From Eledone cirrhosa (taxonomy: Eukaryota), in contig OZ024746.1 in assembly GCA_964016885.1 (NCBI GenBank), forward strand, positions 92,814,001 through 92,878,000: 64,000 bases of DNA, written 5' to 3'. This document shows, in pieces, positions 12,579 to 25,558 of this stretch. The stretch's first letter is position 1. Each line of letters starts with the position of its first letter. The position numbers and the translations under genes are program-made. The notes beneath the pieces were generated by a model, which was not told the origin of the DNA, did no database searches, and saw only the letters and a program-made list of their open reading frames with translations.

Positions 12579-15500
12579 AATAACAGTGGTAACAGTTCTG
12601 AGAAAGACTATATATCCCATCACTAGCTTCCTACACTGTAAATAACAGTGGTAACATTTCTGAGAAAGACTATATAGCCCAGCACTAGCTTCCTACACTG
12701 TAAATAACAGTGGTAACAGTTCTGAGAAAGACTATATAGTCCAGCACTAGCTTCCTACACTGTAAATAACAGTGGTAACAGTACTGAGAAAGACTATATA
12801 GTCCAGCACTAGCTTCCTACACTGTAAATAACAGTGGTAACAGTACTGAGAAAGACTATATATCCCATCACTAGCTTCCTACACTGCAAATAACAGTGGT
12901 AACAGTACTGAGAAAGACTATATAGTCCAGCACTAGCTTCCTACACTGTAAATAACAGTGGTAACAGTACTGAGAAAGACTATATAGCCCAGCACTAGCT
13001 TCCTACACTGTAAATAACAGTGGTAACAGTTCTGAGAAAGACTATATAGTCCAGCACTAGCTTCCTACATTGTAAATAACAGTGGTAACAGTTCTGAGAA
13101 AGACTATATAGTCCAGCACTAGCTTCCTACACTGTAAATAACAGTGGTAACAGTTCTGAGAAAGACTATATAGTCCAGCACTAGCTTCCTACACTGTAAA
13201 TAACAGTGGTAACAGTTCTGAGAAAGACTATATAGTCCAGCACTAGCTTCCTACACTGTAAATAACAGTGGTAACAGTTCTGAGTAAGACTATATAGTCC
13301 AGCACTAGCTTCCTACACTGTAAATAACAGTGGTAACAGTACTGAGAAAGACTATATAGTCCAGCACTAGCTTCCTACACTGTAAATAACAGTGGTAACA
13401 GTACTGAGAAAGACTATATAGTCCAGCACTAGCTTCCTACACTGTAAATAACAGTGGTAACAGTACTGAGAAAGACTATATAGTCCAGCACTAGCTTCCT
13501 ACACTGTAAATAACAGTGGTAACAGTACTGAGAAAGACTATATAGTCCAGCACTAGCTTCCTACACTGTAAATAACAGTGGTAACAGTTCTGAGAAAGAC
13601 TATATAGTCCAGCACTAGCTTCCTACACTGCAAATAACAGTGGTAACAGTTCTGAGAAAGACTATATAGTTCAGCACTAGCTTCCTACACTGTAAATAAC
13701 AGTGGTAACATTTCTGAGAAAGACTATATAGTCCAGCACTAGCTTCCTACACTGTAAATAACAGTGGTAACATTTCTGAGAAAGACTATATAGTCCAGCA
13801 CTAGCTTCCTACACTGTAAATAACAGTGGTAACAGTTCTGAGAAAGACTATATAGTCCAGCACTAGCTTCCTACACTGTAAATAACAGTGGTAACAGTTC
13901 TGAGAAAGACTATATAGTTCAGCACTAGCTTCCTACACTGTAAATAACAGTGGTAACATTTCTGAGAAAGACTATATAGTCCAGCACTAGCTTCCTACAC
14001 TGTAAATAACAGTGGTAACAGTTCTGAGAAAGACTATATAGTCCAGCACTAGCTTCCTACACTGTAAATAACAGTGGTAACATTTCTGAGAAAGACTATA
14101 TATCCCAGCACTAGCTTCCTACACTGTAAATAACAGTGGTAACAGTTCTGAGAAAGACTATATAGTTCAGCACTAGCTTCCTACACTGTAAATAACAGTG
14201 GTAACATTTCTGAGAAAGACTATATAGTCCAGCACTAGCTTCCTACACTGTAAATAACAGTGGTAACAGTACTGAGAAAGACTATATAGTCCAGCACTAG
14301 CTTCCTACACTGTAAATAACAGTGGTAACAGTACTGAGAAAGACTATATAGTCCAGCACTAGCTTCCTACACTGTAAATAACAGTGGTAACAGTACTGAG
14401 AAAGACTATATAGTCCAGCACTAGCTTCCTACACTGTAAATAACAGTGGTAACAGTACTGAGAAAGACTATATAGTCCAGCACTAGCTTCCTACACTGTA
14501 AATAACAGTGGTAACAGTTCTGAGAAAGACTATATAGTCCAGCACTAGCTTCCTACACTGTAAATAACAGTGGTACCAGTACTGAGAAAGACTATATATC
14601 CCATCACTAGCTTCCTACACTGTAAATAACAGTGGTAACAGTTCTGAGAAAGACTATATAGTCCAGCACTAGCTTCCTACACTGTAAATAACAGTGGTAA
14701 CAGTTCTGAGAAAGACTATATAGTCCAGCACTAGCTTCCTACACTGTAAATAACAGTGGTAACAGTTCTGAGAAAGACTATATAGTCCAGCACTAGCTTC
14801 CTACACTGTAAATAACAGTGGTAACATTTCTGAGAAAGACTATATAGTCCAGCACTAGCTTCCTACAGTGTAAATAACAGTGGTAACATTTCTGAGAAAG
14901 ACTATATAGTCCAGCACTAGCTTCCTACACTGTAAATAACAGTGGTAACAGTTCTGAGAAAGACTATATAGTCCAGCACTAGCTTCCTACACTGTAAATA
15001 ACAGTGGTAACATTTCTGAGAAAGACTATATAGTCCAGCACTAGCTTCCTACACTGTAAATAACAGTGGTAACAGTACTGAGAAAGACTATATATCCCAT
15101 CACTAGCTTCCTACACTGTAAATCACAGTGGTAACAGTTCTGAGAAAGACTATATAGTCCAGCACAAGCTTCCTACACTGTAAATAACAGTGGTAACAGT
15201 TCTGAGAAAGACTATATAGTCCAGCACTAGCTTCCTACACTGTAAATAACAGTGGTAACATTTCTGAGAAAGACTATATAGTCCAGCACTAGCTTCCTAC
15301 AGTGTAAATAACAGTGGTAACATTTCTGAGAAAGACTATATAGTCCAGCACTAACTTCCTACACTGTAAATAACAGTGGTAACATTTCTGAGAAAGACTA
15401 TATAGTCCAGCACTAGCTTCCTACACTGTAAATAACAGTGGTAACATTTCTGAGAAAGACTATATATTCCAGCACTAGCTTCCTACACTGTAAATAACAG

Positions 15501-16862
15501 TGGTAACATTTCTGAGAAAGACTATATAGTCCAGCACTAGCTTCCTACACTGTAAATAACAGTGGTAACAGTACTGAGAAAGACTATATAGTTCAGCACT
15601 AGCTTCCTACACTGTAAATAACAGTGGTAACATTTCTGAGAAAGACTATATAGTCCAGCACTAGCTTCCTACACTGTAAATAACAGTGGTAACAGTACTG
15701 AGAAAGACTATATAGTTCAGCACTAGCTTCCTACACTGTAAATAACAGTGGTAACATTTCTGAGAAAGACTATATAGTCCAGCACTAGCTTCCTACACTG
15801 TAAATAACAGTGGTAACAGTACTGAGAAAGACTATATAGTTCAGCACTAGCTTCCTACACTGTAAATAACAGTGGTAACATTTCTGAGAAAGACTATATA
15901 GTCCAGCACTAACTTCCTACACTGTAAATAACAGTGGTAACATTTCTGAGAAAGACTATATAGTCCAGCACTAGCTTCCTACACTGTAAATAACAGTGGT
16001 AACAGTTCTGAGAAAGACTATATAGTCCAGCACTAGCTTCCTAAACTGTAAATAACAGTGGTAACATTTCTGAGAAAGACTATATAGTCCAGCACTAGCT
16101 TCCTACACTGTAAATAACAGTGGTAACAGTTCTGAGAAAGACTATATAGTCCAGCACTAGCTTCCTACACTGTAAATAACAGTGATAACAGTTCTGAGAA
16201 AGACTATATAGTCCAGCACTAGCTTCCTACACTGTAAATAACAGTGGTAACAGTTCTGAGAAAGACTATATAGTCCAGCACTAGCTTCCTACACTGTAAA
16301 TAACAGTGGTAACAGTTCTGAGAAAGACTATATAGTCCAGCACTAGCTTCCTACACTGTAAATAACAGTGGTAACATTTCTGAGAAAGACTATATAGTCC
16401 AGCACTAGCTTCCTACACTGTAAATAACAGTGGTAACAGTTCTGAGAAAGACTATATAGTCCAGCACTAGCTTCCTAAACTGTAAATAACAGTGGTAACA
16501 TTTCTGAGAAAGACTATATAGTCCAGCACTAGCTTCCTACACTGTAAATAACAGTGGTAACATTTCTGAGAAAGACTATATAGTCCAGCACTAGCTTCCT
16601 ACACTGTAAATAACAGTGGTAACAGTTCTGAGAAAGACTATATAGTCCAGCACTAGCTTCCTACACTGTAAATAACAGTGGTAACATTTCTGAGAAAGAC
16701 TATATAGTCCAGCACTAGCTTCCTACACTGTAAATAACAGTGATAACAGTTCTGAGAAAGACTATATAGTCCAGCACTAGCTTCCTACACTGTAAATAAC
16801 AGTGGTAACAGTTCTGAGAAAGACTATATAGTCCAGCACTAGCTCCCTACACTGTAAATAAC
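12579..16862 (+). repeat. 62-bp tandem satellite, about 69 highly similar copies
   Basis: Unit TAAATAACAGTGGTAACAGTTCTGAGAAAGACTATATAGTCCAGCACTAGCTTCCTACACTG; period 62 (e.g. 12601 vs 12663); no unique spacers. Confidence 0.97.
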
Positions 16863-18239
16863 TCAAAATTCTTCATTAATTAATTAATATAGAGTGTATT
16901 TATTATAAATGCTGTTATGAAAGGTATAATGACTATAAAAATCCAATGTATACTTTTAAATGATGGTAATGAGGACTCTTTAGTCAGTTGTAGACATGAC
17001 AACTTCTCTAGTACTGGGGCCATGATAAAAAGCACCCAATACACTCTATAAAGTGGTTGATGTGAGGAGCTATGACAAAAATTGGAATGTATGAAAAAGA
17101 TATGGTTCACCAACCCACCTAGAAGTGCAATGACTCTGAATAAGAATTACTTCAGACCATGACAATCCATCAAACCTATACTACTATGGAGAATGGACAT
17201 GATGGTGATACTGCTGTGGTTGAAACAGACTTCCCTTTTATTTTGCTACTGGTTTCAGTACTTGCATGACACCTGGAATGTCTTCTAATATAGTCCCAGG
17301 CTGACCAGGTGAGTGAATTTGGTAGATGAGAACTTCAGAAGCCCATTGTGTGTGTGTATGTGCATCCTGTAAGTTAGCAATTCAACAAAAAAAGATATCA
17401 ATAAAATAAGTGCCAGACTTGAAAAAAATTAAGTAGTAGGGTCCATATGATTAACTAATTCCCTTGAAAGTGGTGCCACATCATGGCACCTGTCTGATGA
17501 CTGAAACCAGTAAAAGTATCTATCATCATATGTTCAGCCATTTTTCAGAAATGTAATTGCAATAATATCAAACAGGAAAGTAACCACAAAATAATTCTAA
17601 ATTGACTTTCTTCTATCTGATGTAGACAAATACAAAAATATTAATGAAAAAACGTTATCTCTGATCAAGACGAAGTGAGTGTATTTGAATACGTATAAAA
17701 ATGAAAAAACTCATCACTAGAACAACCATTAAAACAGCTAAATGCTATCAAAGACAGCGATGGGCAAAAATGCCTCAAAAGACAGAGACCAGTGGTCAAC
17801 ACTCTCTGTTGGCCACTGGGCATTGGTCTATATCCTCTGAGGTCTTTGACAGCATTCAGCTGTTTTAACGGCTGTTCTAGCAATGAGTTTTCTCATTTTT
17901 ATATGTATGCAAAAATATTAGTAATACTTCTAACACAATGTGATTCAAACTAAAGTTTTTGTCATCTTTTCCATGCTGGTATGGGTTAGATGTGACTTTT
18001 TAAGGTAATGTTTTACAGCTAGATGGCCTTCCTGACATTAACTCTTTTAGTTGCTTCTTACAACACATAAGGATATGGTGTATCTATTTTCTAGACTGGA
18101 TAATAAACATATATTTAGTCTAAGTATTGTAACTTTTAATATCTTGCAATGATTTAATGGAAAATGTCTAACAACAGGTTTGTTAAAATGTTTATAGTAT
18201 CTTTATTAGTGGACAGATTGTTGTGAATATACAGAAGAC

Positions 18240-18700
18240 ATGCCTTCCCATGCGCACGGACTCAAACATACATCTTGTAGACACCTCTTAATCACTATAT
18301 ACCCTTCCATACACCACCCATGCCCCAACACCCACCCACTCACTTCTGTCCACACAATCCTTACTGTAAAGTTATGTTGGTATCACAACAAAGCATCCAG
18401 CCTACACTGTAAAGTGGTCGTGTAGGTGCCATGACAAAGAGCACCCAGCCCACACTGTAAAGTGGTTGTGCAGATGTCACGACAAAAAGCAGCCAGCACA
18501 CACTGTAAAGTAGTTGTGCAGATGTCACAACAAAAAGCAGCCAGCACACACTGTAAATGTGGTTTTGCAGATGTCACGACAAAAAGCACCCAGCACACAC
18601 TGTAAATGTGGTTGGCATTAGGAAAGGCATCCAGCCGTAAAAACCTTCCAGAAACAGTTCTATATGAGTAAGACAGTCCCCTGTCCCGACTTGCCAGCCA
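18240..18700 (+). mobile_element. RTE family B 3' UTR with internally tandem ~50-bp cacactgtaaag units
   Basis: Matches the LINE 3' UTR at 57700-57960; similar tail-only copies at 5200-5660, 32570-32830(-), 35850-36135 and 43190-43560. Confidence 0.7.
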
Positions 18701-19554
18701 TATCCGGCCAGAATTCTCTCACCTCTTTCTGTTCAAACTAGCTGTAACTGGCCCCTCATGCTGACATTAAGGTATTGTTCTCAAAATAAATAACATCAAA
18801 ATCTCATGCATTCGATATTATATAAGATTAAGTCTTCACCGTGAAAATACAACACTAAATATAGAGTAATGTAAATATTAAACATGCCTTGCTTCATTCA
18901 GTACACAATATCAATAGTTAAGCCACGAACATATCACAATTAACTCAGCATCAAGAGCATTGTGTACATGTATTTCGGAATTTATTCATCCATTAGCAGA
19001 CCCTACGGGTTGCTGAGGTAAAAGGTAATGTTTTCTATATATTTTGTAAACAAACTATTTTTGTGTAGGAGACACAAGGGTAGACCCCGAGCAAGATGGT
19101 TGGATAACATCCATGAGCTTGGCTGGTCTCACTTGGGGATCCAGTCGGATCAGTTGGAGACAGTTGCTTCTCACGACCCTTTCAGGAATAAGTGGGCGAA
19201 AAAGAAGAATGTATGAAGCGGGTGGGGAACAAATATTATAAAACGTTCTCAGCCAACGCTGCTGTCTATCGATCCCCATCGATCTATAAATGTATTTATC
19301 TATTTCTCTATCTGTATCTATCTATCTGACTGTATATACATTTGCTAGCTGGGAAAACGGACGTTAAATATATTGTTACAATTTGGTGAAGAAACTGAAT
19401 ACTTATTCTGTCTATTCGTTACTAAAACAATGGATTATATGTTAGCTACGAGTAATAATGATAATAATAAAAGGAAAATACACATCTGGTTATTAAAGAT
19501 TTATGCGATAACGTTGTTGATATATAACAATCTCTCGCTCTCTTGTTAGATATG

Positions 19555-19800
19555 TTCTCTCTTTCACATACACATTCTCTCTCTCTCTCTATATATGAAA
19601 TGGTGGTGGTGAATTAAACATACACACTCTCTTTCACATACACGTACTCTCTCTCTCTCTATATATGAAATGGTGGTGGTGAATTAAACATACACACTCT
19701 CTTTCACATACACGTACTCTCTCGATATGAAGTGATGGTGATGAATTAAACTGTACTCCTCTGTCTCTCTCTATATATGAAATCGTGGTGGTGAATTAAA
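19555..19800 (+). repeat. Short ~60-70-bp tandem duplication (3-4 units) containing (TC)n
   Basis: Repeated ctctatatatgaaatggtggtggtgaattaaac. Confidence 0.75.
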
Positions 19801-19877
19801 CAGATCCATAAATAATCTCTTTTTTCCATTTTCCCTATTACACTAGCGGGAATACAAGGGCGGGCGGGGAAGGAACA

Positions 19878-20599
19878 GTGCACGGTTTAGTAGTGGTGTA
19901 TGGAGGTGGAAGAAAGTACACGGTTTAGTAGTGGTGTATGGAGGAGAAAGAAAGTACACGGTTTAGTAGTGGTGTATGAAGGAGGAAGAAAGTACACGGT
20001 TTAGTAGTGGTGTATGAAGGAGGAAGAAAGTACACGGTTTAGTAGTGGTGTATGAAGGTGGAAGAAAGTACACGGTTTAGTAGTGGTGTATGAAGGAGGA
20101 AGAAAGTACACGGTTTAGTAGTGGTGTATGAAGGAGGAAGAAAGTACACGGTTTAGTAGTGGTGTATGAAGGAGGAAGAAAGTACACGGTTTAGTAGTGG
20201 TGTATGAAGGAGGAAGAAAGTACACGGTTTAGTAGTGGTCTATGAAGGAGGAAGAAAGTACACGGTTTAGTAGTGGTGTATGAAGGAGGAAGAAAGTACA
20301 CGGTTTAGTAGTGGTGTATGAAGGTGGAAGAAAGTACACGGTTTAGTAGTGGTCTATGAAGGAGGAAGAAAGTACACGGTTTAGTAGTGGTCTATGAAGG
20401 AGGAAGAAAGTACACGGTTTAGTAGTGGTCTATGAAGGAGGAAGAAAGTACACGGTTTAGTAGTGGTGTATGAAGGAGGAAGAAAGTACACGGTTTAGTA
20501 GTGGTGTATGAAGGAGGAAGAAAGTACACGGTTTAGTAGTGGTCTATGAAGGAGGAAGAAAGTACACGGTTTAGTAGTGGTGTATGGAGGTGGAAGAAA
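19878..20599 (+). repeat. 38-bp minisatellite, about 19 copies
   Basis: Unit GTACACGGTTTAGTAGTGGTGTATGAAGGAGGAAGAAA; period 38. Confidence 0.95.
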
Positions 20600-21288
20600 C
20601 TGCAAGGTCTAATTGGGCTGTATAGAGGGGGGGGGCAATAAATACTGCAGTAGCAGAAAATATGAGGTGAGAGGAGAACAGAGAGGGGGGAGGGGTAATG
20701 GACGACTAAGTACATATCAAATCGATTACCAACTACTCGAAATACAAACTGATAGGTTCCTGTTGTGACTTATGTGAGAGAGAGAGAGGCCAGCCGTGAT
20801 ATATATATATTTTTTTCCTGAGTTCAGTCTTTTTCGTGGCTATAGTCACTGCGGCTCTTCTATCGGTCGCTGTCTTCATTTTGCGTATGTTATAACTCTA
20901 GGGTTATATACCCTATCGAGTGCTTAGCTGTACACCGAAACTGCATTCGTTAGCTTGGCTGCAACCATGGCTTCGTTGATGCTGTACTAAATTTTGTACA
21001 TATATATATAACGAAGGAAGTGTGGTAAGGAACCAGGTGGACCATAACGCACCAGAATATTAGATACTATGGGTAGTAGAAGAATGAATAATAGGAAAAG
21101 AGTTTGGACCCCGACAGCTGAGCTCCCGCCGTTTCTCAGCTAGTTCTGAACTAGCTGTCGAAACGGCCGGAGCTCAGCCGTCGGGGTCCTGACTCTTTTC
21201 CTATGTATGTATGTATATATATATATATTCATTTATATTAAAGCTAAACAGTGAGTCTTGTTACTCTCTGTTTATCATAGGGTCATCA

Positions 21289-21335
21289 TTGTCTGATGAC
21301 CCTGAGATAAACAGGCGAAACTCCAGACTCACCTT
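21289..21335 (+). ncRNA. Degenerate minimal type I hammerhead ribozyme core inside a fold-back element
   Basis: TTGT-CTGATGA-CCCTGagataaaCAGGC-GAAACTCCAGA; the opposite arm and the sister copy at ~38470 supply the missing GTA-ACAA. Confidence 0.55.
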
Positions 21336-21420
21336 TTAGCTTTAATATAAATGAATATTAAAACTCTACTTCAGTATTGAGTATTGATTTCTCTTAGCCA
21401 TCAAACACATACAGATATAG

Positions 21421-21485
<65 letters not shown>

Positions 21486-21824
21486 CGTTTCTGAATTTGT
21501 TTAGCAAGATTCTTTATCTGAAATCGTGTGTTGAAACCGATATTGTTATACTTTGGGAGGGTCATGTTGCCAATAAGAAACACACGCACCAGTTGCTTTC
21601 ACTTCAATTTATTATAATAAATTTATAAATTTATAAATTTCTGGTTGGTTCCAAGAGGTCACAGAATGTGTGACGAAAGAACTTTGACAATATATAAACA
21701 ACTATCTGGTTGTGGAACCAACCAACCAACCAACCAGAAATTTATAAATTTATTATATAATAAATTGAAGTGAAAGCAACTGGTGCGTGTGTTTCTTATT
21801 GGCAACATGACCCTCCCAAAGAAT

Positions 21825-21875
<51 letters not shown>

Positions 21876-22697
21876 AAAATAGTCAGGACTCCGACGGTTG
21901 AGCTCCGGCCGTGTCGACAGCTAGATTCCACTCTACTACTCTAAGTATCGAGTACTCTGGTGCGTTTTGGTCCACCTGGTTCCTTACCACACTTTCTTTG
22001 TTTTATATATATATATATATATTATAGTTTACAACATAGCTCTTATGTTTAAGGAGGACTGTTCACTAAGCCTTTTCAGAGAAAATGCACATAATGTATA
22101 CATAGATATCGTATAGTATTTATGTTATTATTTATGTTGCTGTAAAGCAGGCCTATGATCAAACATGTCCCAGTCTTGACCATCATATCATGTCTTATTT
22201 ATTTTAAGTGAGATTTGGCTGTTATTTCTAGCAGCCTGGAAGAACACGAAGAATGCTAATTCGTTGGGTCAAGTTGTCATCGTGATTATAATGTATAAAG
22301 CTTTTTAACCTCCAAAACTCGAACCCATTCAACAGGTTTCATGGTATTCAACGGTGTTAGTGTTGGTATGCGATCCTAATAAAACCTTTTCATTATCATA
22401 TTTCTAATAACAGAGTCTATAATTTTCAAATAATTTTGTAATAAGAAATCTAGAGGTATTCAGAAATATAACTATATTCCTCATTAGATATCTGGCATTT
22501 GGAATATAAAAAAAGGGTCTTACATAAAAGTATGATAACACACTTTAAAATAAGCAGTTTTGTATAATCGAACTTGGGGTGGTTTCGGGTGGATTGGTAT
22601 CAAATGGGTTAAACGCTGCTGGACCAATTCTGCTAACGGAACAGTCGATTACCAATATCTCATTATTCAACTTCCTCAATAAAAAAAAATATATATA

Positions 22698-22762
<65 letters not shown>

Positions 22763-23030
22763 GGGTAAAGAACCTCTTCGATCACGAATGGCCATGGAAT
22801 TTGCACAAGCCCAGGCAAAGTGATCTGGTGGAAAACCAGTAGTCATCCATGCATGCCAGTCTCCCCTCTCTGTGCCACTGATGTTGTCCAAGGGAAAGAC
22901 AATGAGCAATACAGCTTGACATTAGTGATGCTTTAGGACACAACGTATCACCAGGACCGGGAATCGAATACACAACCCCAATACTCTAACAAATAAGCCA
23001 CGCGCCTTCATACTCACATACACACATACA

Positions 23031-23073
<43 letters not shown>

Positions 23074-23166
23074 TATTCATCATGGCTATATAGCCATGAT
23101 GAATAAATATTTAAAGTCTACCTCGATATTGAGTACTCTTTTATCTCGTCCGTCAACAACATGCGA

Positions 23167-23209
<43 letters not shown>

Positions 23210-24292
23210 AATTATTGTGTACAGTGCTCAGGTGCACTACAACTCATCAAAGGTGCATGTATAGTACATAGAATAATGTACAAATGTCAGGAAAAATATA
23301 TGTATATATATTTTGATTCACTAATTACACACACACACATATATATATATGTATAGGTTGAATCTCAGGTCAGCCTTGATGGAGCTGACCGATTATCAAA
23401 AAATTTATAGTCGTGACCATCACGTCTCTCTGTCTCACTCTCTCGGACCAATTTATTTAATGTGTTCTACTTATTTATGATTTGTTTGCTACTTCTAGCA
23501 GATACGATGTCTGCGTGAAGGCTGCATAACACGCCGATTATAAATGGGTGTGTAAATTATCACATTGCTATTGTGTCAAAATAACTGATAGCTATAGTTT
23601 TTTGGGGAGGGTCATATTGTTATAATATTGCCAGAAATAGTAATAAAACACATTCACTGTTTGGTTTGGATTGGATTTCGCTTCTGTATATTTTATATCC
23701 CTATAGTTAATATATAGTAGCGAAAACCAATCCAATCCAAACCAAACAGTGAGTTTTATTATTATTTCTGGCAATATTAAAACAATATGACCCTCCCCAA
23801 ATATAATAATATTTATTTCAATACACGATTTCATATCAAAAACCTTGCAGTGTGTGTGTATGTGTGCGTATGTGTGTGTTCTGAACTAAAATCATAGACA
23901 TTATTTTAAGAGAAATACGGTAATCATACATATTAAATATGTTTTGATATCTTAACATTGTGTGTGTGTGTATATATATATACATACACATATATATATA
24001 TAAGAATTATATTTTTCACTCTCACATAGCATATTAAATATATATATATATATATATATAAATATAAATTTACGGAATCACACTACAAGATGCTTTAGGC
24101 ATCTTATGACATTGTCACACTGCCACACTATCTTACACAGTGCTAACTGAAGTGAATTCCAGCAACAGAGTATACTCATAGATTTAGTAGTGTAGTGGTA
24201 ATAAGTGAACAAATCAATTAGGGTTATCAATAAAAATAAAACAACTAATAACAACCAATCGAAAAATCAAATCAATTAATAAAAAATATCAA

Positions 24293-24326
<34 letters not shown>

Positions 24327-24605
24327 TGATCCCGAGTAGAGTAGGGGTAACCACAGTAAATAAGGTACTCAAAACATGAGTGACGACAGAGCTTTATATA
24401 GAAAAGACTCCTAAGGGACTAGAACTGTTTCATTGGTATGAAATCAATCATTGATGATATCATACGAATGAAACAGTTCTAGTCTTGTAGAAGTCTTCTC
24501 TCTCTAGAGAGAGAGAGAGAGAGAATATATATATAAATCGTTGCATGTTGATATAGCCTTCGATTTCCCCCAATGAAATCTGATGACTACTACATTCTCT
24601 TTAAT

Positions 24606-24656
<51 letters not shown>

Positions 24657-24970
24657 CATGGCTGTGGCTAAATGCCTTCTGCTATGCAACTGGTTAACCA
24701 ACGTCTTGTGCGGAAACTGCACAATCCCGTCATATATATTGTGACTGTGTCAGCGTTTGTTTGTGTTTATGTCCCATAACTTAGTGGTTCGACAAAAAGA
24801 GATAGATAGAAGATTTGAAAAAAAAAATTATTAGTTTCGATATGATCGACTAAAATCCCTTAAAAAGGGTGGCTCAATATGACCGCAGTTTAATGCCTGA
24901 AACCAGTAAAAGAGTATATACATATAATGTGTGTGTGTGTGTGTGTGTAGTATATAAAATGCACATTTAC

Positions 24971-25420
24971 CTTGTTCTCAAATATAGCTTCATTACATCC
25001 AATAGTCTCACAACATTGCTTGGCACAAGCCATACTACTTTTAGCCTGGACATATTTCATGAATTTAGCTCCGGCTGTTAACGAGCTGTTTGTTTTGATG
25101 ATGACGCTTGTGTTCATATTATAGTAGCAGAGAGTATCCGCAGGTTCAGAGCCAGAAACAGATAATCTACCCGAATTATCAATATATTTTTTTTGTATAT
25201 TTGCTCTCATATCATCTACCTGTTTACTAGGTAGCTGTGTTTCACTTTGATCACTGTTTTGTAATACACCTTGTTGGTCTATCGTCTTCTTAGATCGTTC
25301 AAGTCTCTTACTTAACCTAATAGCTATCGAAGGTTCTTGCTCAAAGTCTCTGTTAATAGACTCTGAAGCTAGGCTGTATAAAAATATACATGGAAAGATG
25401 ATAAAAAGGTGTTTCATCAT
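24971..25420 (-). CDS. LRP11: Coding exon 1 of a MANSC-domain secreted/membrane protein (LRP11-like): signal peptide plus N-terminal part of the MANSC domain
   Basis: ATG in a cacc-ATG context at 25420; hydrophobic N-terminus MMKHLFIIFPCIFLYSLAS; MANSC-like segment IIKTNSSLTAGAKFM...CAKQCCETIGCNEAIFENK; GTAAAT donor directly after 24971 (450 nt, phase 0). Orthology to LRP11 is inferred from domain architecture only. Confidence 0.85.
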
Positions 25421-25518
25421 GGTGATATTAAATGTAAAAAAAAAGGGGGTGGTAGAAATTATAGATAATTCATAAGCAAATTACTAGACAAGCATTACAC
25501 AAGACGGCCAAAGAACGA

Positions 25519-25558
25519 AACCATTTTTGAAGACGCGAGCATGCGTGACCGGAAGTTA
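25519..25558 (-). promoter_or_regulatory. Probable proximal promoter of the LRP11-like gene (YY1-like, NRF1-like and ETS motifs)
   Basis: A locally CpG-rich patch ~100-140 bp upstream of the ATG contains CCATTTT (25521), GCATGCG (25539) and CCGGAAGT (25549-25556), motifs typical of TATA-less housekeeping promoters. Confidence 0.5.

Noticed and set aside
12579-16862. CRISPR-like or ribozyme array interpretation of the 62-bp repeat
   Set aside because: There are no unique spacers and no cas genes, and the context is eukaryotic. The unit has CTGAGAAAG but no CTGANGA...GAAA...UH arrangement on either strand.
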